From a bacterium (GTDB lineage: Bacteria; UBA8248), in assembly GCA_965207065.1 (NCBI GenBank), contig OZ242260.1, forward strand, positions 2,810,017 through 2,874,016: a stretch of DNA of 64,000 nucleotides. The letters are read 5' to 3'. The position numbers were made by a program, and so were the translations under genes. The notes beneath the pieces are model-generated. The model was not told the origin of the DNA. It saw only the letters and a program-made list of their open reading frames with translations, and made no database searches. Position 1 is the first letter of the stretch; every line of letters begins with the position of its first letter. This document shows, piece by piece, positions 39,090 to 48,430 of the stretch.

Positions 39090-41345
39090 GTGGAAATGAC
39101 AGACTATAAAGTCGCGGGCATGGGCCTTACACGAATCGATGCACCTGACAAAGTAGCTGGCAGTGCAAAATATGCGGCTGACGTTCCATCGAGCCGTTCA
39201 CTCATCGGTCTAGTCTTGGGTAGTCCGCATCCGTATGCGAAAGTACTGAGCGTAGATGCGAGTGAGGCGCGTAAGATACCTGGCGTCCGGGCAGTCGTGA
39301 CGCGAGATGACGCCCCCCGCATTCGATTCGGCGCCAACATCAAAGATCAGAGTTGGTTTGCGCAGGATGGCTTTGTTCGATATGGCGGAGAACCTGTGGC
39401 TGCTGTGGCCGCCGAAGATATGGATGCCGCTCAAGCGGCAATTGAATCGATTCAGGTGGACTATGAAGTTTTAGAGCCAGTGGTAAACGGCTTGGACAGC
39501 CGGGCAGGCGAGGGTCTTGCCGTCCACGAAGATTGGCAAGATTTGGGACTTGGCCCGAATGCAGACAAAAACATTATCGCCCGATTTGAAAAAGAAATTG
39601 GAAATGTCGACGCCGGATACAAAGAGGCGGATCGCATTTTTGAGCACACATTTTCTACACCATTCGTACATGCCGGCTATATTGAGCCTCACGCTTGCGT
39701 TGCCGAGGCAGGTGCAGACGGAAAAGTCACAATCTGGACAACCACGCAGGATGCATGGTCCATCCGGGCGGACGTGGCTGAGGCGCTTGGCCTCCCGGCA
39801 ACTCATGTTCGAGTCATTCCTACTGAAATCGGCGGTGGGTTTGGCGCTAAGCTAAAGAGTACTTATGAGCACCTAGCCGCTCTTTTGGCTTTGAAAACTG
39901 ACCAGTCTGTGCGCATGGAGATGACGCGCGAGGAAGATCATATCGGGGTGAATCCGAGACACCCGCATTTCATTACGATCCGCACAGCGGTGAAGAATGA
40001 TGGTACATTTGTCGCTCGGGAGCTTGATGTCACGATGGATCATGGCGCCTATGGCCGAGGCGCACCGTTTCAATGCAGTAGCAAGATGCTGATGGGTTCA
40101 TGCTCGTATCGTATCCCCAACGTTAGGATTCGTGCTTGTACGGTATATACCAATGGCCCCGTTTGTGGTCCCGTGCGTGCTCCCAGCGGTCCCCAGTACC
40201 ACTTTGCCACTGAAGTGCAGATGGACATCATCGCGCGCGAGATGGGGATTGACCCACTCGAGATAAGGCGAATTAATTCCCTTCGGCCTGGAGATGAGAC
40301 GCTGGCTGGGAAGGAGCCGGCTCCGTCCATGCGTAGTGTGCTTGACTCAACTGCCGTGGAAGGCATGTGGGGAAAGAAAATTGAGGCTAACGGAGAGCTC
40401 GAGGGAGATGGCTGGAAGCTCGGCCGCGGCATAGCTTGCGGATATTGGCCGGGTCCTGGGGAGGCGTCTAGTTGCACGGTTCGCCTGAATCAAGACGGCA
40501 CCGTACAAGTGGTAGCGGGAACGGTGAACCTTACGGGTATGAGCACTTCCATATGCCAACTTGCCGCAGAGGAATTGGGCGTTAGTTTGGATGAAGTGCG
40601 GTACACGAACGGAGATACAGATTCGGTTCCCGAATCATCGGCGGCGTCAGGCAGTAAGGCGACGCGCGCGGTTGGAATGGCAACTTTGAGTGCCGCCCGT
40701 GATTTGCGGAACAAAATCTTGAATGTGGCGAGTATAAAACTCGAAGCCGCTGCGGATGATCTGGTTTTGGAAGATGGACAAGTCAAAGTGGCTTCAGCGC
40801 CCGACCGAGCTATGTCTCTTGCACAGGTGGCCAAGGCGGCGCCTGAAATTCAGGGATTTTTAATCGGACAAGGTGAAAGCGCAAAGCCTCCCCCATGTCC
40901 GATACATACCGGACAGGTGGCGGATGTAGCCGTGAATCCGGAGCTTGGTGAGGTCAGGGTTTTGCGCCTTACATGCGTGCAGGACGTGGGATTTGCCATA
41001 AACCCATTGTCCGTGGTGGGACAAATTGAAGGCGCCATGCTCCAGGGACTCGGATTGGCCCTCATGGAAGAGCAACCCAGGCGCCCGGATGGTAATTTGC
41101 ATGGCGATACCTTCCATGAATATCTGATACCTACCAGCATGGATATGCCTGAATTGAATGCCGTTTTGTATGATAACCCGGCCGAGGGTACGCCCTATGG
41201 GATGCGAGGCGTGGGTGAACCGCCCATTGTGGCGACTGCGGCGGCGATTGTGAATGCCATTCAAGACGCTGTTGGTACACCAGTTTTCTCATTACCTGTT
41301 GGCCCGCATCATATTCGAGAGGCTCTGGCTACGAACAGCGTATAA
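39090..41345 (+). CDS. xanthine dehydrogenase/aldehyde oxidase family molybdopterin-binding subunit
   Basis: 751 aa; a/b hammerhead plus MoCo-binding domains (PHACVAEAG, GGGFGAK, GVGEPPIVATAAAI); no adjacent 2Fe-2S or FAD subunit genes. Confidence 0.85.
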   Translation: MEMTDYKVAGMGLTRIDAPDKVAGSAKYAADVPSSRSLIGLVLGSPHPYAKVLSVDASEARKIPGVRAVVTRDDAPRIRFGANIKDQSWFAQDGFVRYGGEPVAAVAAEDMDAAQAAIESIQVDYEVLEPVVNGLDSRAGEGLAVHEDWQDLGLGPNADKNIIARFEKEIGNVDAGYKEADRIFEHTFSTPFVHAGYIEPHACVAEAGADGKVTIWTTTQDAWSIRADVAEALGLPATHVRVIPTEIGGGFGAKLKSTYEHLAALLALKTDQSVRMEMTREEDHIGVNPRHPHFITIRTAVKNDGTFVARELDVTMDHGAYGRGAPFQCSSKMLMGSCSYRIPNVRIRACTVYTNGPVCGPVRAPSGPQYHFATEVQMDIIAREMGIDPLEIRRINSLRPGDETLAGKEPAPSMRSVLDSTAVEGMWGKKIEANGELEGDGWKLGRGIACGYWPGPGEASSCTVRLNQDGTVQVVAGTVNLTGMSTSICQLAAEELGVSLDEVRYTNGDTDSVPESSAASGSKATRAVGMATLSAARDLRNKILNVASIKLEAAADDLVLEDGQVKVASAPDRAMSLAQVAKAAPEIQGFLIGQGESAKPPPCPIHTGQVADVAVNPELGEVRVLRLTCVQDVGFAINPLSVVGQIEGAMLQGLGLALMEEQPRRPDGNLHGDTFHEYLIPTSMDMPELNAVLYDNPAEGTPYGMRGVGEPPIVATAAAIVNAIQDAVGTPVFSLPVGPHHIREALATNSV

Positions 41346-41376
41346 ATCACACCCGATACTTATCAAGGAGAATCCA

Positions 41377-42042
41377 ATGCCTGTAGACGAAGGAACAAGT
41401 TTGCCGGATAGTTTGGGCGTGACCGATGAGATGATGGCATGTCCTTTACCAAGGTTGCCTTTCGTTGATCCTGACAATGTTCCCGACGAACTCAAGGAAG
41501 AACTCGCTCCGCTCTACGATTGGTCGAAACGGATGTGGGGCACTGTCCCACGCTTTTTACAGCTTTTGGGAAATTCACCCCCTACTGTGGAAGGATGGAT
41601 GTTGCTCGACCAGAAGCTCCGTACGAATCGATTGAAAACGGAGTCCGATTACATTCGACTCATGGAACTGGTCATCGTCAAAACGGCCATTTTGACAGAG
41701 TGCAACAACTGAATCGGGCACAATGTGGAGCTCGGTCGAGCTCTGGGTCTTACGCAGGATCAAATCAACATGTTGGAAGGCGATGATTGGAATGAAAGTG
41801 ATTTGTTCGATGACAAGGAGAAAGCCGTTATCCGTTGGGCGGATGAAGTATCGAAGTTCAGAGCGAAGAACAATGACTTCGCATTCAATGAGATGAAAAA
41901 ATATTTCTCCAATCGGCAGATCGTGGAACTCACTTTTATTTGTGGGATGTGGCATCTTTCGGGAAGACTGGCCGAGGCGCTCCACCTGGTTGTGGAACCA
42001 CCGGGAGGGCGCATCGAATTTCAGGCAGAAGACATGGCGTAA
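41377..42042 (+). CDS. carboxymuconolactone decarboxylase/AhpD-like protein with in-frame UGA (probable selenocysteine) at 41710-41712
   Basis: Track ORFs 41254..41712 and 41725..42042 are in the same frame, separated only by TGA; joined sequence ELVIVKTAILTECNN-U-IGHNVELGRALGLT matches the CMD catalytic Cx2Cx3H motif with U replacing the 2nd Cys; aaggag RBS before ATG 41377. Confidence 0.65.
41726..41745 (+). promoter_or_regulatory. SECIS-like hairpin 14 nt downstream of the in-frame UGA
   Basis: ug-GAGCUC-GGUC-GAGCUC-ug: 6-bp GC-rich stem extendable by two G-U pairs, GGUC tetraloop. Confidence 0.4.
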
Positions 42043-42315
42043 ACACAAGCTTCATCGTCAAATACATTTGTTGAGCGATCCTTGCGTTGTGTCGTTTTGG
42101 CTTGATATACGCGTGCGCATACAAATCATCTCCAACATTTGCTCATCTGAAATTCATCTTTCCGGCTTCCATTTTCGTTTTTTCGACTGACTATTTCATC
42201 CGCCCATGATATGAAACATGTTTTGAACAATGCATTTTTATCGGTTGAAAAATAAGGATATATACATAAAAAAAGAATTGCTTTTTTTGAAGATTTTTGT
42301 ATACTCACGCGCTTT

Positions 42316-42546
42316 GTGATGTCGCCTGTGAATAATCCGGGCAAATTCGAATTGAGCCGCCCAATGAATGAGGAAGAAATGCTCGAGTTCAATGAAAGTG
42401 TTGCTGTCTTGGATCAAGAGTTTTTCGCTGAGTCTGGCGATGTTTTGCCAACGGATGTGGACAATGATGTGTCTGATGACGGTGCAAGTAACGATTTCTC
42501 CTTCTTAAGTGACGGCGAAGGAGGCAATGCTCCTGCTGCTTATTAG
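42316..42546 (+). CDS. small acidic hypothetical protein
   Basis: 76-aa Asp/Glu-rich ORF in an AT-rich segment, followed by a strong terminator; no recognizable domain. Confidence 0.35.
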   Translation: MMSPVNNPGKFELSRPMNEEEMLEFNESVAVLDQEFFAESGDVLPTDVDNDVSDDGASNDFSFLSDGEGGNAPAAY

Positions 42547-42570
42547 CATCCAACAGGAGAAAATGATTCA

Positions 42571-42605
42571 GCGCCCGGTTGAGATTTCAGCCGGGCGTTT
42601 TTTGT
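42571..42605 (+). terminator. Rho-independent terminator
   Basis: Stem CGCCCGG/CCGGGCG with 12-nt loop followed by TTTTTT. Confidence 0.7.
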
Positions 42606-42643
42606 CCTGAAATATCTGTAATATGGAATTTACTTCATAACTA

Positions 42644-43504
42644 TTGGAAGAAATTGTGATGGCGACAGACGAACTGACGATTCATCATGAAGACTTGCGT
42701 GGCCGCATTCTCTCAACGGATTCGATGACCTATTTTGACGAAAGGGTTGAAGAACGGGACGTTCTCATTGGAGGCTCTTACGCCGCACGCATGACGATGG
42801 CGTGGGCAATGCGCCTGGGTGCGAGGGCAATCGTTGCCCATGCGGCAGGAGTAGGAAAAGATGACGCGGGTATAAGCGGTCTCCGGTTGGCCCAGGAATA
42901 TCATGTGCCTGCATTGGCATGTGAGACAATGTCCGCAAGACTCGCCGTTGGAGTATCCGTTTATGAAGGCGAAGTCGGCCATGCGAATCAAGTGGCCCAA
43001 AGTCTCGGTGTTGAAATCGGTCAATCCATTGCTGAAGCTTCGAAAATTTTGCTCGATGCCGATGTGGGCCGGGAAGTGATTGTGGAGGAAAGCCTGGATG
43101 ATAGAATTTATGAGCTAGAGCATTTGCCTGATGGTAACATACGCGCTTCATGGGGAATTCCCGTCCTGCGTTCTATCCAGGAACCAAGGCCCCAAGATGT
43201 TTTTATCCAAGCCTCGCATTGCGGACTTACTCTCGTACCGCATGTCATGAAGCTTAATTTAAAGGGTGTTATTGCCAATGATGCAGGACGGGGGAAAGAT
43301 GACTCCGGCATCGCATCTTTCCCCTACCTGGCGCGGGAGGGGATTGCGGTGGCGGCGGTCGGCGCCATGAGTGCGCGAATTGGTGATGTGATGAGCACCT
43401 GGCAGGAAGGCATTATTTCATGCATGAACGAAGTGGCGGAGAAGCGTGGGGTGCGAGAAGGCATGATGACGCGAGAGGCGGCTATCGCAATGCTCAATGC
43501 GTAG
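42644..43504 (+). CDS. hypothetical protein with internal duplication
   Basis: 286 aa; two homologous halves each containing A.G.GKDD(A/S)GI(S/A) (AAGVGKDDAGISGL / DAGRGKDDSGIASF); no family recognised. Confidence 0.5.
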   Translation: MEEIVMATDELTIHHEDLRGRILSTDSMTYFDERVEERDVLIGGSYAARMTMAWAMRLGARAIVAHAAGVGKDDAGISGLRLAQEYHVPALACETMSARLAVGVSVYEGEVGHANQVAQSLGVEIGQSIAEASKILLDADVGREVIVEESLDDRIYELEHLPDGNIRASWGIPVLRSIQEPRPQDVFIQASHCGLTLVPHVMKLNLKGVIANDAGRGKDDSGIASFPYLAREGIAVAAVGAMSARIGDVMSTWQEGIISCMNEVAEKRGVREGMMTREAAIAMLNA

Positions 43505-43522
43505 GATTTACCAGAAATTATC

Positions 43523-43598
43523 TGGTGGAGGTGAGGGGATTCGAACCCCTGACCTCGTGGGTGCGATCCACGCGCTCTCCCATCTGAGCTACACCCCC
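43523..43598 (-). tRNA. tRNA-Ala (anticodon CGC)
   Basis: Minus-strand cloverleaf GGGGGTG-TA-GCTC-AGATGGG-AGAGC-G-CGTGG-ATCGCAC-CCACG-AGGTC-AGGGG-TTCGAAT-CCCCT-CACCTCC-A-CCA; G3:U70 Ala identity pair present. Confidence 0.9.
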
Positions 43599-43654
43599 AC
43601 AAAAGGAACTTGAAGGTAGGCGAAGGAGCTACGGGTGTCAAGTGAAATAGGGAG

Positions 43655-43944
43655 AGCCGATGAAGAACTCCCCCTAGGAGACTTCACCGGCTCTCGACCT
43701 GCCACAGAGTCCGCCCGTTTCCCCCGCAGCAGGGAGTTGCTTTTGACTAAAGTGGGAGCCAAGGACTCAACCCCTGAGGTATATTATCCTTGGCTCCCGA
43801 TCCTGCTGCAGAGTCCGCCCGTTTCCCCCGCAGCAAGAAAATTCACTGAAATTCCATTTTGGTGAGAGTCGGGGGACAACCCTCCAAGGATTTTCCCCCG
43901 ACTCTCGTCCCGTCGCAGAGTCCGCCCGTTTCCCCCACGACGGG
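43655..43944. repeat. tandem array of alternating hairpins: three copies of a conserved 21-nt loop CAGAGTCCGCCCGTTTCCCCC with variable closing stems, interleaved with three long perfect hairpins
   Basis: Cores at 43705-43725, 43809-43829, 43916-43936; stems cctgcca/cagcagg (imperfect), ctgctg/cagca, cccgtcg/cgacggg; intervening hairpins with 8-, 12- and 13-bp stems. Confidence 0.6.
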
Positions 43945-43953
43945 TAAGCTATA

Positions 43954-46900
43954 TCAAGAACATCCACTCGTCGCGCCACAAGTCATACATTTCAGGCACG
44001 TCCCGTTTCGCACTAAGGTGAACAAACCACAATCGCTGCAAGCTTCCCCCTCATACCCTTTCGCGCGGGCTTCTTCGATGCGTGAATCAATTGCGGAGCT
44101 TGCTTCCGTTATGGGTGTCATCGAAGTTTGGGTGGATTCTGTCTCATAATTCAGACTTATCCGGTCGCTGCGCGGTGCGCTTGCATCCGGTCCCGGGAAT
44201 ATGGTTTGAATCTCTTCTTCTTCCTCGGTATCGAATTCCGGAATCTCTTCCTGGGGGCGCCCGATGGTGTCGCTCCTCAAGTCCTCCGACACGACTTGCG
44301 CCAGGTCGTGGCGACCGAGATATGAAACCGCCAGTTCACGGAAGATGTAATCGATGATGGATGTGCTCATCTTGATGTGCGGGTTGCCCGAGACCATACC
44401 CCCCGGCTCGAATCGTGTGAATACGAAGGCATCCACGAATTCATCCAATGGGACGCCGTGTTGGAGCCCCAGCGAAATTGCGATGGCGAAACAATTCATG
44501 AGGCTTCTGAAGGCAGCGCCTTCTTTGTGCATATCTATGAAAATTTCGCCGATGGAGCCGTCCTCGTACTCACCGGTTCTAAGATATACCTTGTGACCGC
44601 CAATGACGGCTTTTTGTGTGTATCCACCGCGGCGGGTAGGCAACTTGCGTCTTCTGGACTGGTAAATGATCCGGCGCACAATCTGCTGGGCTACATGCAC
44701 GGGGGCACTTTGGGTAGCTGGTTCTTCTTCGCCGATATCACTGAAGAGTTCTGCTTCGCTTTGTGCGGAAAGTGGTTGGCTTAGTTTCGAGCCATCGCGG
44801 TAAATCGCTATGGCTTTGGTCATCCGCTGCCACGATTCGTTGTAGATGTCTAAAATATCTTGAATCGTTGATTCCGCGGGCATGTTGATGGTTTTGCTGA
44901 TGGCGCCAGATATGAAAGGCTGCGCCGCCGCCATCATTCGAACATGGGCCATGGGGCTGATGAAACGCTTGCCTTCTCGTCCGCATTTGCTCGCGCAATC
45001 AAAAACGGCTAGATGCTCTTCTTTTAGGTGGGGCGCCCCCTCAAGCGTCATTTTCCCGCAAACGAAATCATTCGCTTCGCTGATTTGTTCTGGAGTGAAA
45101 CCAATGGCTTCGAGCAGATTCAGGTTCCAGTCGGCTATTTGCGCTTCGCTGAGCCCTAATTGCTCAATGCAGAAGTCATCACCGAGGGAATGTTTGTTGA
45201 AGGCGAACTGGATTTCAAACGCCCCTTCGAGAGCAGCTTCCACTTTTTCCAGAGCCTTGCTCGTAAACCCTTTCTCGTGCAAAGACTCTGGATTGATATG
45301 AGGAGCATTCGTGAGGGTCCCCCGCCCTCGGCAGTAGGCGACGATTTCGCGGATCTCTTCATCGTCATAGCCTAGATGCCGCAAGGCAGCGGGAACGGAT
45401 TGGTTGATGATCTTGAAATAACCGCCTCCGGCCAGTTTTTTGAATTTCACCAAAGCAAAATCCGGCTCGATTCCCGTTGTGTCACAATCCATCACCAAAC
45501 CAATTGTGCCTGTCGGCGCGATGACAGTGGCTTGTGCGTTCCGGTAGCCGTTTCGATAGCCGATGGCCAAAGCATCATCCCACGCCTCACGCGCCGCTTG
45601 GAGAAGATAATGGGGGCAGATTTCCGCAGCGATTCCTGCTGGTGCCTTCGAGAGCATTTCGTATTCTGCCTCCGGCACAGAATAAGCTGCGCGGCGGTGG
45701 TTTCTCAGAACCCGCAACATGTGCTCTTGGTTGTCCTGATACCTTGAGAAAGCGCCCATTTCCCCTGCCATCTCGGCGCTGGTGGCATACGAGCAGCCGG
45801 TCATGATGGAGGTGAGAGCGCCGCACCATGCTTCCGCTTCAAGTGAGTCGTAAGGGATGCCAAGAACCATTAACAAGGTGCCCAGATTGGCGTACCCAAG
45901 TCCTAAAGTTCGATACTCGAATGAGCGTTTGGCTATTTCCGGACTGGGGAATTGCGCCATCAGTACTGAAATTTCGAGGACGACTGTCCATAGGCGAATA
46001 ACATGACGATAGTCTTCTATCTGAAAGTGGTTTTTTTCAGTATCCAAGAATTTTATGAGATTCATCGACGCTAGATTGCATGCGGTATCATCCAAGAACA
46101 TGTATTCTGAGCAAGGATTAGAGCCGTTGATGCGACCATCGGCGGTGCACGTGTGCCAGTCGTTGATGGTTGTGTCAAATTGAAGGCCAGGGTCTGCGCA
46201 ACACCACGCTGCATATCCAATCTGATTCCAAAGTTCTTTCGAACTGACGGAGTCCGCGATTTCGCCGTCAGTGCGCCGTATCAGGTTCCAATCCGAGTTT
46301 TTCTCGGTAGCTTCCATAAAATCATCTGAAACGCGGATGGAATTGTTCGAGTTTTGACCGGAAACCGAGATGTAGGCCTCGCCTTCCCAATTTGTATCGA
46401 GCTCTTCGAACTCGATTTCGGTGATGCCTTGACGTGCAAGTTGGAGAGTCCGATGGATATAATTATCCGGAACGCCGGCGAGTCTTGCGGCCCGAATTGC
46501 TTTGGTGAGTGATGGGTTTTTATCCGGCTGGTACAAGTTGCCATTCAAGCTCAGGTTCTTTCCTTCCAGGCAAGCCCCGAGAATGGCGTTCATGTGCCGG
46601 TTGCACATCTTGCTGCCCGAAACCAGGGCGGCCACTTTCTGTTCTTCGTGCACCTTCCAGTTGATGAATTCCTCGATGTCGGGGTGGTCGATGTCGAGCG
46701 TGACCATTTTCGCCGCGCGCCGAGTGGTGCCGCCCGACTTGATCGCGCCCGCGGCGCGATCCCCAATCTTGAGGAAACTCATGAGGCCGGAGCTTCTTCC
46801 ACCTCCTGAGAGAGATTCCCCCTCCGCTCTCAAATTCGAGAAATTCGTGCCGGTGCCCGAGCCGTATTTGAAAATGCGCGCCTCGCGCGTCCATAAATTC

Positions 46901-47550
46901 ATGATCCCGCCCTCGTTGACGAGATCATCTTTCACCGATTGGATGAAGCACGCATGCGGTTGAGGACGCTCATAGGCGTTGGTGGAGCGGAGTATTTCCC
47001 CGCTTTCGGGATCGCAATAAAAATGTCCCTGGGCGGGGCGCGTGATGCCGTAGGCCCAGTGCAGGCCCGTATTGAACCACTGTGGCGAGTTGGGGGCCGC
47101 CATCTGGCTCGCTAGTATGTATAAAAGCTCCTCATAGAACGCTTTGGCGTCTTTTTCCGCGTGAAAATAACCGTGTTTCCAGCCCCAATAGGTCCAGCAT
47201 CCCGCCAGGCGATGGAAAACGTCCCGGGCGTCGCGCTCGCTTCCGAATCGCTCATCCTCGGGCAGGGACTCAAGTTTTTCCGTGTCCGGCTCCGAGCGCT
47301 GCAGCCATTCGGGCACTCCCTCTTCGGAAACTTTGTTTAAATGTGTGGGGACGCCGGCTTTTCGGAAGTATTTTTGCGCTAGAATGTCGACGGCCACCTG
47401 AGACCAGCTCTCAGGCGCCATGATGTCCTTCGCTTCGAAGACGACCGAGCCGTCCGGGTTGGTGATGCGCGAGGTGCGCGGCGTGAAACCGACCTCGCCG
47501 TACGCGTCATCTCCGGCCCGGGTGAATCGCCTCGTAAACTCCACGCCCAT
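43954..47550 (-). CDS. nrdJ: adenosylcobalamin-dependent ribonucleotide reductase (class II)
   Basis: 1198 aa; class II RNR layout with Cys-rich C-terminal tail ([22 protein letters not shown]); ggagga RBS before ATG. Confidence 0.9.
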   Translation of the reverse strand: MGVEFTRRFTRAGDDAYGEVGFTPRTSRITNPDGSVVFEAKDIMAPESWSQVAVDILAQKYFRKAGVPTHLNKVSEEGVPEWLQRSEPDTEKLESLPEDERFGSERDARDVFHRLAGCWTYWGWKHGYFHAEKDAKAFYEELLYILASQMAAPNSPQWFNTGLHWAYGITRPAQGHFYCDPESGEILRSTNAYERPQPHACFIQSVKDDLVNEGGIMNLWTREARIFKYGSGTGTNFSNLRAEGESLSGGGRSSGLMSFLKIGDRAAGAIKSGGTTRRAAKMVTLDIDHPDIEEFINWKVHEEQKVAALVSGSKMCNRHMNAILGACLEGKNLSLNGNLYQPDKNPSLTKAIRAARLAGVPDNYIHRTLQLARQGITEIEFEELDTNWEGEAYISVSGQNSNNSIRVSDDFMEATEKNSDWNLIRRTDGEIADSVSSKELWNQIGYAAWCCADPGLQFDTTINDWHTCTADGRINGSNPCSEYMFLDDTACNLASMNLIKFLDTEKNHFQIEDYRHVIRLWTVVLEISVLMAQFPSPEIAKRSFEYRTLGLGYANLGTLLMVLGIPYDSLEAEAWCGALTSIMTGCSYATSAEMAGEMGAFSRYQDNQEHMLRVLRNHRRAAYSVPEAEYEMLSKAPAGIAAEICPHYLLQAAREAWDDALAIGYRNGYRNAQATVIAPTGTIGLVMDCDTTGIEPDFALVKFKKLAGGGYFKIINQSVPAALRHLGYDDEEIREIVAYCRGRGTLTNAPHINPESLHEKGFTSKALEKVEAALEGAFEIQFAFNKHSLGDDFCIEQLGLSEAQIADWNLNLLEAIGFTPEQISEANDFVCGKMTLEGAPHLKEEHLAVFDCASKCGREGKRFISPMAHVRMMAAAQPFISGAISKTINMPAESTIQDILDIYNESWQRMTKAIAIYRDGSKLSQPLSAQSEAELFSDIGEEEPATQSAPVHVAQQIVRRIIYQSRRRKLPTRRGGYTQKAVIGGHKVYLRTGEYEDGSIGEIFIDMHKEGAAFRSLMNCFAIAISLGLQHGVPLDEFVDAFVFTRFEPGGMVSGNPHIKMSTSIIDYIFRELAVSYLGRHDLAQVVSEDLRSDTIGRPQEEIPEFDTEEEEEIQTIFPGPDASAPRSDRISLNYETESTQTSMTPITEASSAIDSRIEEARAKGYEGEACSDCGLFTLVRNGTCLKCMTCGATSGCS

Positions 47551-47614
47551 TCTCCTCCGCTAGGAACGCCCCGCTATGCCGGGGTCATATTTAGTATGGC
47601 GAAATCAAGCGGCA

Positions 47615-47716
47615 ACACTAAATGTAGTATGCTTTGCCCCCGTCTGTCAATACCCTGAAAACGGATATACACAAAATATATGCGATTACCCACACCTTAT
47701 CCCCAAATATTGTGTT
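47615..47716 (-). promoter_or_regulatory. candidate NrdR boxes upstream of nrdJ
   Basis: Coding-strand 16-mers cgcatatattttgtgt and (c)aacacaatatttgggg spaced 32 bp centre to centre, plus atactacatttagtgt; resemble consensus acaCwAtATaTwGtgt. Confidence 0.4.
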
Positions 47717-47935
47717 TTCCTGTGGAAAACCGGCGCAAACAGGAAAACAAGGGCTGAAAACCGCTTCGCCGCCCCACGCAGCCTCGATTTCCGGAGCCTC
47801 GGCGCGCCTTGAATCGGGGGCGCAGGAGCGCGTGAACTCAAAGAGCGTGGCCGCCGGCCGGCGCGCTTTTGCCGCGCAGAACAAGCACCGGAAACGCCCG
47901 CAAACATGCTCCGGATGCGCCCGGAAGAGCGTCTG

Positions 47936-47966
47936 AAATTTATCGAAAAACCCCGTGAATTTATCT
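47936..47966 (-). promoter_or_regulatory. 31-bp motif AGATAAATTCACGGGGTTTTTCGATAAATTT, copy 2 (upstream of nrdJ)
   Basis: Exact reverse-complement match to 30405-30435. Confidence 0.4.
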
Positions 47967-48430
47967 GTATTTATCGTATTTTTCGGAATTGTTCAGGGGT
48001 GATTGTCCTCGACTTCGCCGCCCCGGCCGCGTCCCGATGACTCCCTCTCTCACGCACTGACGACATGTCTGGAGAGTCATCGAACGGGCCGATCTCCCGG
48101 CGGCGAGGCGCGGTTGCAAGAGCGAAGACCGCGCGTCGAGCAGGAGGATGGTACACCTTTCCGGAACGCGCACCTGCGGGGAAATGCGCGCTTCCCGGCG
48201 GCGGACCTCATCGGCGCGCGCGCCCTCATCACCCAGGCGCTCGATGAGCGGGCCGCAAGTTTCCGCGAACGCTTCGGCATCCGCGCGTTCTCGGAGCGCG
48301 AGTCGCTCATGCTGCTGTTGAGGATATCGGAGTCGAGAGACGTGTTTTAGGGCAGGGCGTGCACGGATTCGAGGATAGGCGGCTTGGCGCAAGGTTGGCT
48401 GAGCGATGGATTATCGCAGCTACGCACCGC

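Noticed and set aside
43655-43944. Possible CRISPR array (regularly spaced repeats with intervening unique sequences)
   Set aside because: Only three repeats; repeat stems differ between copies while the loop is conserved (the opposite of CRISPR); spacers are about 70 bp and are themselves perfect hairpins; no cas genes in the window.
47551-47935. Cobalamin riboswitch in the nrdJ leader
   Set aside because: Read the leader on the coding strand and found no B12-box-like conserved core or the expected GC-rich multi-stem architecture; the leader is AT-rich and better explained by NrdR-box-like palindromes.
47961-48392. ORFs 47961..48392 (-) and 48003..48350 (+) between the nrdJ regulatory region and mazF
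   Set aside because: No recognisable motifs, mutually overlapping on opposite strands, Arg-rich composition; possibly a decayed gene remnant but not supportable as a CDS.
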